From an uncultured virus (IMG/VR IMGVR_UViG_3300025392_000003) (Duplodnaviria > Heunggongvirae > Uroviricota > Caudoviricetes): 64,000 nt of DNA. Below, piece by piece: positions 8,793 to 18,201 of the stretch; the first letter of the stretch is position 1, and the number at the start of each line of letters is the position of its first letter. A program made the position numbers and the translations under genes. Location: the IMG/VR virus record IMGVR_UViG_3300025392_000003; one strand, given 5' to 3'. Under the pieces are notes generated by a model. The model saw only the letters and a program-made list of their open reading frames with translations, was not told the origin of the DNA and did no database searches.

Positions 8793-9275
8793 CTACTCTA
8801 TCTCTTCTAGAAACCTAGAACCCGGCAAAGTGTAGATTTTTACATCGTGGTCAGGTAGTTCTCGCTCAATGATTTCAGCAATCGTATCCCAATCGCCGCC
8901 ACCAATTCCCGTTCCGATTCTCGGACCGTGAATCTGATAACTTGTGGGTAAATGCTTGCCTAACTTACGCAGACAGAGCGTTAGAGCCTCATAATCTACG
9001 GCAACGGGGCGTTCTTCGGTTGGGAAGCCATCTTGGGCGACCATATTCGCCACATAAATATTCTCTTCCACCTGAACGAGTTGGACAATTCCGAGCAAAA
9101 GGCGACCATCAGCGATTCCGTCTTTGTAGCGAAGTTCGGGGTAAGGCCACTTTTGGCTCAAGGACATAACGAAGCCCGCACCCCACGCACCGAAGTTGTT
9201 ATTGATATGAATGATTACGTGAGGACCATCACCTTTTGGACTGGTCGCATCACCAGTTAGGTAGGTAATAGCCAT
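8793..9275 (-). CDS. Macro-domain protein (Poa1p/TARG1-like ADP-ribose-processing enzyme)
   Basis: YLTGDAT, IIHINNNFGAWGAGF, VANMVAQ, PRIGTGIGGGDW. Confidence 0.85.
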   Translation of the reverse strand: MAITYLTGDATSPKGDGPHVIIHINNNFGAWGAGFVMSLSQKWPYPELRYKDGIADGRLLLGIVQLVQVEENIYVANMVAQDGFPTEERPVAVDYEALTLCLRKLGKHLPTSYQIHGPRIGTGIGGGDWDTIAEIIERELPDHDVKIYTLPGSRFLEEIE

Positions 9276-9307
9276 CCAAACACTTTAGCATAGTTTAGCG
9301 AATTGGG

Positions 9308-10507
9308 CTACGCACCTTCACGAACAACGCTGGTTAGGGGGATTCCGAGGCTATGTAGGGCATCTTCGGGGATATTTCGGGTGGCTACCCACTCTTTGTA
9401 GATGTCTTCGGTCGCGCTAAATCCAAACTCGCCAATCTTAAACTTGACCTTTGGTTGCTTGGGGGTAAAGGCCTTGCCACTTTCCAAATCAGCAACATCT
9501 TCGGCATCAAAGCCGGTTCCATCCAAAGTCTTGACCTCGCCCAAAATCTGAACGAGCAAGTCGTTGTCGTAGGTTGCCTTATCAGCAGTTCGGTTGTCGG
9601 CTAAAACGATTCGGGCAGCGGCCTCATCATCAACATCTACCCAAACAACGGCTATTTCTGTCCAGCCGAGGGCAGAAGCCGCAGCGGCGGTGTGGTTGCC
9701 TTTGAGGATTTGGTTGTTTCGTTTATTGACTACGATTGGGCGATACTGTCCGAATAGTCGCAGGCTTTCGCTAATTGCCCCAATGTCGCCCTCTCTAGGG
9801 TTTCCGGGGAAGCGTTGGAGTTCGCTTAGGGGCGTGGTTGTCGTTTCAGCAAGAGCGTACTTCTCTGGTGTGGGTTTGGAAGTGACCCTAGATTCTTTGG
9901 GTTTTTTAGGCTTGGCTTCTTTCGGCACATCTAGACGTGCGCGTAGTTCTCGGTTGATTTGGGATTTCTTGTCTCCCGCCACTTCCTTGATTGAGGCAAG
10001 CCAGATTCCGTGAAGTTCGGCCTCTAATTCACCACGCCACTCACCTATTTGGATAGGCACATTATTGGTTTCTTCTTTTTCCTTTTCCACTAGTGGCTGA
10101 CCGACTCCGCCACCGGGTTCTGCGAATAGACCCTCAAGTTCGTCAAGGGCTTCTTTGTCGTAGCCAGTTCCCTCTAGGTTTGGCAACGATTTCAGCAAAT
10201 CAATTAGGAACTCGTTGTGATACGAGGCGATATCGCTAGTTCGGTTATCGGCAAGCAGGATTTTTAGGGCATCGCGTTCGCTTCCCTCATAACGGGTAAT
10301 CGCCACTTCTTGCCAGCCGAGAGATTGGGCCGCTTTCCAAGTGTGGGTTCCGGCGATAATGATGTCGTTCCAAACTACGATTGGTGAATACTGCCCGTTG
10401 ACTTTTAGGCTTTCGGCAATAGAGGCAACATCGCCAATACGAGGGTTAGATGGGTGCGCCTTGATAGAATCAATCGCAACCTTTTCAGCACGAACATTTA
10501 TCGTCAT
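9308..10507 (-). CDS. Protein with two tandem ParB/Srx N-terminal domains
   Basis: Twice: HPSNPR/FPGNPR-GD..AI.ESL...GQY.PIVV...I.GxHT..AA..LGW.E.A...LADNRT.D.A.Y. Confidence 0.85.
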   Translation of the reverse strand: MTINVRAEKVAIDSIKAHPSNPRIGDVASIAESLKVNGQYSPIVVWNDIIIAGTHTWKAAQSLGWQEVAITRYEGSERDALKILLADNRTSDIASYHNEFLIDLLKSLPNLEGTGYDKEALDELEGLFAEPGGGVGQPLVEKEKEETNNVPIQIGEWRGELEAELHGIWLASIKEVAGDKKSQINRELRARLDVPKEAKPKKPKESRVTSKPTPEKYALAETTTTPLSELQRFPGNPREGDIGAISESLRLFGQYRPIVVNKRNNQILKGNHTAAAASALGWTEIAVVWVDVDDEAAARIVLADNRTADKATYDNDLLVQILGEVKTLDGTGFDAEDVADLESGKAFTPKQPKVKFKIGEFGFSATEDIYKEWVATRNIPEDALHSLGIPLTSVVREGA

Positions 10508-10652
10508 AGTGCTTACAGACTACTACGGCGTTTTGCTAAAGGTTATGTAGAGCCTCGTAAGGTGTGGAGCCGTAGGCACGAGAACTTGCTATAGAAGCGG
10601 CCTGTGATGCCTCTTCCGAAAGACCGACATTTGTGCCGGGGGTTTTGCCGTT

Positions 10653-13121
10653 TTAGGTTTCGTTGGCTAAACCTCGCTCGGTGAGCCCGATAAGCAAGTC
10701 GCCAACCATAGAGTTCTCTTGCTCTTCATCATCTACAACGCCATCTGTGGCTTGATTCACCACTACTCGCTTGGCGTTGATTAGGGCCGCTATGTCTTCG
10801 TCAATCGTGTCTTTGGTAATCATCAACCAACCAGTCACGGAGTCTTTTTGCCCGATTCGGTGGCAACGGTCAACGGCTTGGTCCATATCAGCAGGAGTCC
10901 AGCCTTGCTCAATAAATAGAACATCACTTGCAGCCGTTAGGGTCAAACCCACGCCAGCGGCTTTGATTTGGCAAGCAATAACTTTCTGCTCATCGGAGTT
11001 TTGGAAACTGTCAACGGCTACCTGTCGCTTCTCCATAGAAACGCCACCCTGAATCTTGCAACCATTGGCGAACTTATCCGAAACCATATTCACCACTTCG
11101 GTATGCCAACCGAATACGACCAACTTCTTGTCGTTGGCTAGGAAGTCGCCCACCCACTCTTCGGCGGCCTTTAGTTTGGCTTTGGCGGCCAACTGCTTAA
11201 GGGTAGAGATTGCGACTAGGTGTTCTGCCGAACGAGCGCGTAGGGCTTTCTGCCACGCCGCCTTGCGAGCCTCTTCCGTATCAGCACCACTTTCCGTAGC
11301 AGCCTTGAGAGCCATCTCGGTTAGGTATTTGATAATGTCCGCTTCGGCTTTCTTGTATTCTTTCATAATGTCCTTGTCGCCCTCAACAAAGACTTCTGAC
11401 CACATCTTCGGTGGTAGTTCGGTGAGCACTTCTGCTTTACGCCTACGGACATAGCAAGAGGCACGGAGTTTGCGATTCAGCATCGCTAACGAACGGCTTG
11501 ATGAGCGACCGAATTGCGAACGGAACTTGCTCGCCCCGCCGAAATCATCTAGACGGGCAATTACTCGGAGTTGGGTCATCAACTCAAGGGGAATATTCAC
11601 GACTGGTGTTCCCGATAGGCAGACACGAGTTCCGTCATTTGGAATCTTGTCGGCTAATCGGATTGCGGCCTTGCTTCGCTGTGCCGTGCCACTCTTGATG
11701 TAGTGGCTTTCGTCAAGAACAAGACCCTTGAGTTTTGGGAACTTCTCGACCCAGTAGGTCAAAATATCGTAATTAATCACATAAATGTCGGCATCGGGTT
11801 CGACCTGACCACTTGTTCCGCTAACGACTGCGACCTTTACGCCCTTTATCCACTTCTCTGCTTCACGCTTCCAATTGAGTTTGAGAGATGCTGGACAGAT
11901 AACTACGGCTGGGAACGCTTCGGTTGCTTTCAGCATCGCCAATCCTTGTAGCGTTTTACCGAGGCCCATCTCGTCACCGATTAGAACGCCACCGCCCGTT
12001 AGGTTTTCGTGGACACGAACCCACTTGTCTTCTTGGTATTCGTATCCCAATGCTCGCATTCCGTAGGCGACGCCCGCCCTTTGGAAAGGCATAAGGTTGA
12101 GGCCGTTTCCGCCAAATCCCGGCACGGTTATTTCAGCATCTTTGGCCGCGCTCGCATCAATAATGTGCTGGACAGAAGCCGCTTCCTCAATAAGTGCTTT
12201 TGCTTCCTTAGAGAGTTTGGCGTTGTGTTCTTCGTGGAATCGGAGAACCTCGGCAACGCTTTCTACTGGAATAAGCCATAGGCGTAGTTCTGGCGACCAA
12301 GACGAACCCGGCATTTCACGAACTTGGCTAATCAGCGTGGCATCGTAATTAAACGAGATAGCGAACGAGTTGTTATTTACGAGGATTCGAGGGGCTAGGG
12401 AAACCTCTTGGTCTTTGAGAGCCAACACATCATCGGAGATGTAGAACTTGTTGTCTTTGCCGAAAGTCTTGACCATCGTTGCTGATGAGAGTGGCACGAA
12501 CCAAGTTGAGGTCGGCTTATCGAAGTGGCGACCGGGGATTAGTCGCACGGCTTCTAGATACTTAACGTTGTAGTCAAAGGTGATTGCTATTTCGCCCTCG
12601 CCTAGCGTGATTCTGCCGTTGTATTCGTCTTCTAGGTTTTTGGGAACGGTGGCAAGGAAATCTCTGGCTCGCTGGCTAACTTGGATGTCGTTTTGCTCGG
12701 CCCAAGTTTCCACTTTGCCGTAGCGACTGCTGGCTACTACCCAACCACGCTCATCTCGATTCCAATACGCGCCGAGTGGCCCTTTGGGATTTGCTGTATC
12801 ACCATACGGAATCGTGACAATGATTTTGCCGTTGCGTAGGTCAATCGCCCTAAGTCCACTTAGTCGGCTCTTTGGCTTATCTAGAACTGGTCGCTCGATA
12901 TCAGCATACGAAATACCAACTACCGAAAGTTGCTTCGCATACTTGGCGAGCATCTCGTAAGCCTTGAGTTCAATCTCTTTGCCCCACGCCTCAATCGGTG
13001 TTTCGGCTAGTTGCTTACCAAACTTGGCATCAGTTCCGTTAAAGCCCTGACCATCTTGCTCTTGTGCGCCATCGCAACGAAGTGCGAGTGCTGATACCGC
13101 TTCGTGTAGGGCCGAACTCAT
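10653..13121 (-). CDS. SNF2-family helicase with HARP-like N-terminal repeats (SMARCAL1-like)
   Basis: GDEMGLGKT, DESH, LSGTP, QAVDRCHRIGQ; repeated F.Y......VR.(I/M)PG..(F/W).....W..P units. Confidence 0.9.
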   Translation of the reverse strand: MSSALHEAVSALALRCDGAQEQDGQGFNGTDAKFGKQLAETPIEAWGKEIELKAYEMLAKYAKQLSVVGISYADIERPVLDKPKSRLSGLRAIDLRNGKIIVTIPYGDTANPKGPLGAYWNRDERGWVVASSRYGKVETWAEQNDIQVSQRARDFLATVPKNLEDEYNGRITLGEGEIAITFDYNVKYLEAVRLIPGRHFDKPTSTWFVPLSSATMVKTFGKDNKFYISDDVLALKDQEVSLAPRILVNNNSFAISFNYDATLISQVREMPGSSWSPELRLWLIPVESVAEVLRFHEEHNAKLSKEAKALIEEAASVQHIIDASAAKDAEITVPGFGGNGLNLMPFQRAGVAYGMRALGYEYQEDKWVRVHENLTGGGVLIGDEMGLGKTLQGLAMLKATEAFPAVVICPASLKLNWKREAEKWIKGVKVAVVSGTSGQVEPDADIYVINYDILTYWVEKFPKLKGLVLDESHYIKSGTAQRSKAAIRLADKIPNDGTRVCLSGTPVVNIPLELMTQLRVIARLDDFGGASKFRSQFGRSSSRSLAMLNRKLRASCYVRRRKAEVLTELPPKMWSEVFVEGDKDIMKEYKKAEADIIKYLTEMALKAATESGADTEEARKAAWQKALRARSAEHLVAISTLKQLAAKAKLKAAEEWVGDFLANDKKLVVFGWHTEVVNMVSDKFANGCKIQGGVSMEKRQVAVDSFQNSDEQKVIACQIKAAGVGLTLTAASDVLFIEQGWTPADMDQAVDRCHRIGQKDSVTGWLMITKDTIDEDIAALINAKRVVVNQATDGVVDDEEQENSMVGDLLIGLTERGLANET

Positions 13122-13199
13122 AGTCTTACAATCTTACTAGGGTTTAGTAAGGCGTAAGTGTATTTACTTAGACTCTCGGTCGTGGGGCGAAGTCAAGAA

Positions 13200-13904
13200 C
13201 TACTCTTTTTCTACAACAAATCCATTTACAACTTCGTGGCTAGGTGGCAATAAAGTTTTTTCGTCACCTTTTGCGTTGGTCAGATTGGCACCATTCAGGT
13301 TGGCGTTGGTCAGGTCGGCTCTCTGCAGTTTGGCATTGCTCAGGTTGGCGTTGGTCAGGTCGGCTCCACGCAGGTCGGCATTAAACAGGTTGGCACTGCT
13401 CAGGCTGGCTCCACGCAGGTTGGCACCGACTAGGTGGGCATTAGTCAGGTTGTCTCCGTGCAGTTCGGCACCGCTCAGGTCGGCACGGTGCAGGACGGTG
13501 TAGTTCAGATTGGCATTGGTCAGGCTGACACCGCTCAGGTTGGCAAAGTTCAGTTCGGCATTCCTCAGGTCGGCACCGCTCAGGTCGGCACCTTTCAAGT
13601 TGGCACTGGTCAGGTGGGCATCATTCAGGTTGGCACCCCTCAAGTTGGCACCGCCTAGGTCGGACTCAAACAGGTTGACCCCGTACAGGTTGGCACGGCG
13701 CAGGTTGGCACCGACTAAGTTGGCACGGGGGGCAATAATGACATCTTTACCGTTGATGGTGTGGATGCCGTTGGGTACTCTACTTGCGCCGTTTGAACCC
13801 TCTTGATACTGGTTTCCGTGAAAGGGGTGACCGGGGACATCGCCCTTGCGGACAGGGTAGTTTGATAACGATTTCAGTAGTTCGTTGGCAGTAAAACCTG
13901 ACAT
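13200..13904 (-). CDS. Leader + KGD-GHxFxGNQ motif + pentapeptide-repeat protein
   Basis: MSGFTANELL...PVRKGDVPGHPFHGNQY (motif 13806-13847), then ~30 A(N/D)LxG/N pentapeptides. Confidence 0.9.
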   Translation of the reverse strand: MSGFTANELLKSLSNYPVRKGDVPGHPFHGNQYQEGSNGASRVPNGIHTINGKDVIIAPRANLVGANLRRANLYGVNLFESDLGGANLRGANLNDAHLTSANLKGADLSGADLRNAELNFANLSGVSLTNANLNYTVLHRADLSGAELHGDNLTNAHLVGANLRGASLSSANLFNADLRGADLTNANLSNAKLQRADLTNANLNGANLTNAKGDEKTLLPPSHEVVNGFVVEKE

Positions 13905-13953
13905 ACAAAGTCCTTTCGGTCTAAGTAAAGACTACATTAGGATTTACAAAACC

Positions 13954-14211
13954 CTACTTGTTGTCTCGGTTGTGGTGTTTGTAGAGTGCTTGGTCGGTAG
14001 TTCCGGCCCACTCCGCAATCTTGCGCCAAGTCACGCCCTTGTCACGAAGACGAGTGACTGTCTGACGGCGTTCCTTACCCAACTCAACGACTTTCTTTTC
14101 GTGGTCACGCATCTGCGCGCAGGTGTCTTTGATGTGCTGAAGAAGCGATGCTACTTCGGGCGAGTCGTTCTCGTCTGCTTGCACTCGGTTGGGTAGTGGC
14201 TCTAAAACCAT
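13954..14211 (-). CDS. Helix-turn-helix DNA-binding protein
   Basis: RRQTVTRLRDKGVTWRKIAEWAGTTDQALYK. Confidence 0.75.
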   Translation of the reverse strand: MVLEPLPNRVQADENDSPEVASLLQHIKDTCAQMRDHEKKVVELGKERRQTVTRLRDKGVTWRKIAEWAGTTDQALYKHHNRDNK

Positions 14212-14329
14212 TAGTTCTCTTTCCTCTAGGGGTGTGGGGTCTAGTGTAGTGAGGTTTATCTTATCGTGCTATATCAAAACGCTTATTTTTAGAACAGCGT
14301 CATAGCGCCCCGACTTTGGAAAAGCGGGC

Positions 14330-14713
14330 TTATTCGGTTTCGTTCTCTCCCAAAACGACTGGAACCACCGTCAATTCTAGGGCATCTTTTCCAAACTGCG
14401 GAGTTAGGAAAGTTAGTTTGGTCACGATTTTTGCGTTGTCGTCAATCAGCACTCCGGCATCAACTAACCCGTCGATAGCGGCTTTGACTAATGGGAAACA
14501 CGCGCCGACATCTTGGCGATAGCGAGCATTCAGCACATAGGGCTGTGCCACGACTTCGATAACTTCCAAACGAGGGACCATCGCTTGTTGGGCTAACTCG
14601 CAGAAAGCGGCTCGCCACTCTTTTACGATTTTGGCTCGCTTCATATGGTGCACAGTTCGCTCTTTGTTGAGAGTGAAGTCTGGGCGAACCTCGTATTCCA
14701 AAGTCCAAGTCAA
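14330..14713 (-). CDS. RusA-like Holliday junction resolvase
   Basis: TLN...H...RAKIVKEWR, RQDVG...VKAAIDGLVDAGVLIDDN. Confidence 0.8.
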   Translation of the reverse strand: MTWTLEYEVRPDFTLNKERTVHHMKRAKIVKEWRAAFCELAQQAMVPRLEVIEVVAQPYVLNARYRQDVGACFPLVKAAIDGLVDAGVLIDDNAKIVTKLTFLTPQFGKDALELTVVPVVLGENETE

Positions 14714-15201
14714 AGTGATACGACCCTAATCGGTGGTCGGACATTTGTGGTGTGGGTAATCGCAGCGTTCACGACCAGTTCCAAACGCTTTTTAGGAACG
14801 AGAGTTTTATCGCGCTCAAGGACAAACAAAGCAGCGAGGGCGGCATCTACGGCCGCGCCAGTTGCCCCATAGTTGTTGGTTGATTTCAGCACGGCAAAGT
14901 CAGAGCCGATACTAAAGATTCCTTTTTTATTTGCCACGAGCACTTCCCAATCTGGTTCTTCGGGAAATCCGGGTTCAGAGGTTTTGCTCAAAAGAAAGTC
15001 ACGGATTTTGTATGGGTCGCCAATGCCAGATTTACGCAATAAATCCATAACTCGGAACGAGCCAGAAACGCCGACTAATCCATCTCCGGCTTTCCAAACT
15101 TTCGGTTCTGCTGAAACGATGACACTTGAGCCATCAAAGGCCCCGCTATCGCCGGCCATCCAAACCTGATTCTTGTCTTTCCAAGCGGCGATTAATGTCA
15201 T
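14710..15201 (-). CDS. Ntn-hydrolase (HslV/proteasome-beta-like) phage peptidase
   Basis: N-terminal M-T-LIAA...VWMAGDS, KVW, VGVSGS, YGATGA. Confidence 0.65.
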   Translation of the reverse strand: MTLIAAWKDKNQVWMAGDSGAFDGSSVIVSAEPKVWKAGDGLVGVSGSFRVMDLLRKSGIGDPYKIRDFLLSKTSEPGFPEEPDWEVLVANKKGIFSIGSDFAVLKSTNNYGATGAAVDAALAALFVLERDKTLVPKKRLELVVNAAITHTTNVRPPIRVVSL

Positions 15202-15247
15202 AGCACAAGGCTACTAGTGGATTTCAGCACCCTTGCTTTAGGGGCGT

Positions 15248-15682
15248 TTAGCCAAGTGCGCGCTTAAACAAAACCCAAGCCGCCGTGCGACCGACGCGCT
15301 CGAGAATCCATTGGTCGTAGCAAACCTTTCGGTAGCCGTGTCCAGTCTTGTCGTGGTATTCGTTGCACTCCCAAATAGTTCCGACGGGGTATTCCTCAAT
15401 CGGCGGTGTTGGACATTCGTGGGGCAAGTAGATAACTACGCCCTTGCGTGGCGGGTGTTCGTTGATGACCTCAAACTGCTGGCTGGGGTGGCGTAGGCGT
15501 GACTGCAACTCGGCAGAGTCATTCGTAGACGGCTTGATGTTGGTGATTACCCAAGGGTCTTTGCCGTGTCGGGCGTTCCACTCGCTATAACGCTTGTCGG
15601 CTGATTCTGGCATTTCGTTCTTCTTGATTGGATAGAAGTTATTGCGAAATGGGTCTTTGTCTTTTGGCATCTTTACCTCCAC
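15248..15682 (-). CDS. Hypothetical protein
   Basis: ORF track; C-terminal HECP...GTIWEC...C motif. Confidence 0.55.
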   Translation of the reverse strand: MEVKMPKDKDPFRNNFYPIKKNEMPESADKRYSEWNARHGKDPWVITNIKPSTNDSAELQSRLRHPSQQFEVINEHPPRKGVVIYLPHECPTPPIEEYPVGTIWECNEYHDKTGHGYRKVCYDQWILERVGRTAAWVLFKRALG

Positions 15683-15727
15683 GCCTTTTATTCGTAGAGG
15701 TGACTATAGCAACCTTTAGGGGCTAAA

Positions 15728-16336
15728 TCAAGAAATCTTACAAAGAAGTTGTAGCCCGGTCGGAGAAACCATATAAATATCAGGAACATCAAAGTAGATA
15801 CCGGCGTAGCGCATCGCTTCGTGGGCGAGTGCTGAACAAATCCAAGTTCCCTCACGGCGAGCCTCGAAGAACCAATATGGGGTAATGATGTCGATTCCGA
15901 TACAGATGTCCGAGAGTAGGCCATACTTCTTGCCTACCTGTTGCTCGGCAAAGAAAGCGGCCTTTTCGGGGTCGCCGCCAAGAGTGGTGATATCGAAGAA
16001 AGAAATAACTTCCGAGGTGGCAATCAGACTTGCGAGGGTCGAGCGAAGAACGCCTTTCATCGTCGCCTGAACGATAATGATTTCCTCGTAGGTTTCGCCC
16101 TCGGTAATGACGGTAAAGCAGTGGTTGTATTTGCCGTCTTTCCAACGCAACTTCTCACCGACACGGATAAGCATTCCCATAGTGCCATCGGTGCGAGCCC
16201 ATCCGGTCATTCCGCGCTTGATTTCAGCAGGGGCAAGTTGAGTGACACAGGTTGGTTTGATTTTGGTTATTCCCAACAATGACTTGATGCTGAAATCCTT
16301 TTCCACAAGATTGCCTTTCGGGGGTGCGTTTCTCAC
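15728..16336 (-). CDS. Permuted papain-like (YiiX/YebB NlpC/P60) amidase
   Basis: His before Cys: YNHCF ... QVGKKYG ... WICSALAHEA ... VSP. Confidence 0.75.
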   Translation of the reverse strand: MRNAPPKGNLVEKDFSIKSLLGITKIKPTCVTQLAPAEIKRGMTGWARTDGTMGMLIRVGEKLRWKDGKYNHCFTVITEGETYEEIIIVQATMKGVLRSTLASLIATSEVISFFDITTLGGDPEKAAFFAEQQVGKKYGLLSDICIGIDIITPYWFFEARREGTWICSALAHEAMRYAGIYFDVPDIYMVSPTGLQLLCKIS

Positions 16337-16412
16337 ACAAATCTACACCCGACTTTGGAAAATGCCGTTTAGATAGAGCGTGGGCAGTGTTGACTCTGTT
16401 AGTGTTTAGTTT

Positions 16413-17672
16413 ATGTTGCTAAAAGGAAATTGCCTAGAGACACTGAAATCTTTACCCGACAACTCAATTGACGCAGTTGTGACCGACCCCCCATACGAAC
16501 TCGGATTTATGGGGAAGTCGTGGGATAGCACGGGCATTGCTTACAATGTTGAGGTTTGGAAAGAGTGCTTACGGGTTCTCAAACCCGGTGGACACCTCTT
16601 GGCATTTGGCGGTAGTCGCACTTATCACCGCCTCGCTTGCGCCGTTGAAGACGCTGGGTTTGAGATACGTGACCAAATTATGTGGATTTACGGTTCGGGG
16701 TTTCCAAAATCGCTGGACGTGAGCAAGGCCATAGACAAGTCGGCCGGTGCAGAGCGTGAAGTTGTCGGCAAAAAAATAACTAGGAAGGCAAACGCACCAC
16801 GTTCGGAAGGACGAAATCACATTGACTGCGCTTCTGGGCAAATGGAGGTGTCTATCACCGCCCCAGCCACCGCCGAAGCCCAACGCTGGCAAGGCTGGGG
16901 AACGGCACTCAAGCCCGCGCACGAACCTATCGTTGTCGCTCGCAAACCCCTAATCGGCACGGTGGCTAATAATATTCTGACCTACGGAACGGGGGCGCTG
17001 AACATTGACGGGTCGAGGGTGGGCTTGCAAGACGGGGAAATCAAGGTTGGCGGCTTCGGCAACGGGGGCATTGGCTTCGGTGGTGGTGACGCTTCAGGTG
17101 TTGAGTGGCAAAAAGACACTAAGGGTCGCTGGCCCGCCAACGTAATCCACGATGGTAGTGAGGAAGTGCTGGCAGGGTTCCCTGATGCTAAGGGTGGGAC
17201 TTGGAATCCTACGGCAGGAGCAAGGCACTTCAACAATGATGGAGAGCCAACGCTTTATAAAACCAGCAAGTCCGACGCCAGCGAAGGTTCCGCAGGCCGC
17301 TTCTTCTACTGCGCTAAAGCAAGCAAGGCAGAGCGCAACGCAGGGCTAGAGGGGTTGCCTGAACAAATGCTGACAGGGCGTGACGAGGGTCAAGACGCTA
17401 TGCAAGTGCCGTACAAAACCCGTTCCAAAGTCACCGCCAACTTCCACCCCACAGTCAAGCCACTTGCCCTTATGCGCTACTTGATTAAGTTGGTGACACC
17501 GCCCAACGGCACTGTCCTTGACCCGTTCTTGGGTTCAGGAACAACCGCCGTAGCAGCCGTTTTAGAGGGCTGTGAGTGGATAGGGTGCGAACTCACGCCC
17601 GATTACCACCCGATTATTGAAGCCCGTGTTGAGTGGGCTAAGTCGCAGGTGGAACAGCAAACCCTGTTTTAG
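16413..17672 (+). CDS. DNA N6-adenine/N4-cytosine methyltransferase (beta class)
   Basis: VVTDPPY near N-terminus; HPTVKP and VLDPFLGSGTT near C-terminus. Confidence 0.92.
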   Translation: MLLKGNCLETLKSLPDNSIDAVVTDPPYELGFMGKSWDSTGIAYNVEVWKECLRVLKPGGHLLAFGGSRTYHRLACAVEDAGFEIRDQIMWIYGSGFPKSLDVSKAIDKSAGAEREVVGKKITRKANAPRSEGRNHIDCASGQMEVSITAPATAEAQRWQGWGTALKPAHEPIVVARKPLIGTVANNILTYGTGALNIDGSRVGLQDGEIKVGGFGNGGIGFGGGDASGVEWQKDTKGRWPANVIHDGSEEVLAGFPDAKGGTWNPTAGARHFNNDGEPTLYKTSKSDASEGSAGRFFYCAKASKAERNAGLEGLPEQMLTGRDEGQDAMQVPYKTRSKVTANFHPTVKPLALMRYLIKLVTPPNGTVLDPFLGSGTTAVAAVLEGCEWIGCELTPDYHPIIEARVEWAKSQVEQQTLF

Positions 17673-17700
17673 GCAAGGACTTGTTGTTTAGCCTCGTCAG

Positions 17701-18201
17701 TTAGTTTCCAGAAGCGTGTTGGTTTCCGTAAAAAGGGTGGCCTTCTTGTGCGCCAACTTTACCACCCGTTCCTTGTGGTGTCGTGCTCGGGCCAGTTGAG
17801 TAGCGGTCGGTTGATTGGTATCGGGGCAGGGGCGTTCCGTAAAAAATGTTTTTGAGTCCGGTTTTGATATTCCCTAGTAGTTCGTGAGCATCATCGTCTT
17901 TACCGCCACTCTGTCTAATTGCTTTTGCTCGGTCAAGGTTTTCTTGTGCGAAAGCGCGGCTTGCGTGTGCATCCGCTTCGTATTGAGAAATATTGCTGGC
18001 GTGTAGTTTTTGAGCAATCGGGTTAGTTGCGGTCTTAGCCTTTTCTTTTTCCGCTGCGATTTTCTTATCGCTTTCTTTTGCATCAGCAAGGTTTATTCGG
18101 GCAGTTTCCTCGTGCCACTCTGCTGAATGACCCAACTTCTCAACCCGGGCGTAAATGCCTTGGCCGCCTAAAAGTTCTTCCGCTAAGAACGGATTCGGCA
18201 T
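17701..18201 (-). CDS. Leader + helical cargo + C-terminal GHPFYGNQH motif protein
   Basis: MPNPFLAEELLGGQGIYARVEK ... GKVGAQEGHPFYGNQHASGN*. Confidence 0.75.
   Translation of the reverse strand: MPNPFLAEELLGGQGIYARVEKLGHSAEWHEETARINLADAKESDKKIAAEKEKAKTATNPIAQKLHASNISQYEADAHASRAFAQENLDRAKAIRQSGGKDDDAHELLGNIKTGLKNIFYGTPLPRYQSTDRYSTGPSTTPQGTGGKVGAQEGHPFYGNQHASGN

Noticed and set aside
13270..13730. Regular short DNA repeats resembling a CRISPR array
   Set aside because: 15-bp period with no unique spacers; fully explained by pentapeptide-repeat coding; no cas genes
14710..15201. Ntn peptidase (or polyprotein module 1) as the enzyme that cuts [VI]xK|G
   Set aside because: Nothing in the sequence links them to the tag; a prohead protease encoded upstream of the capsid gene, outside the window, is at least as plausible
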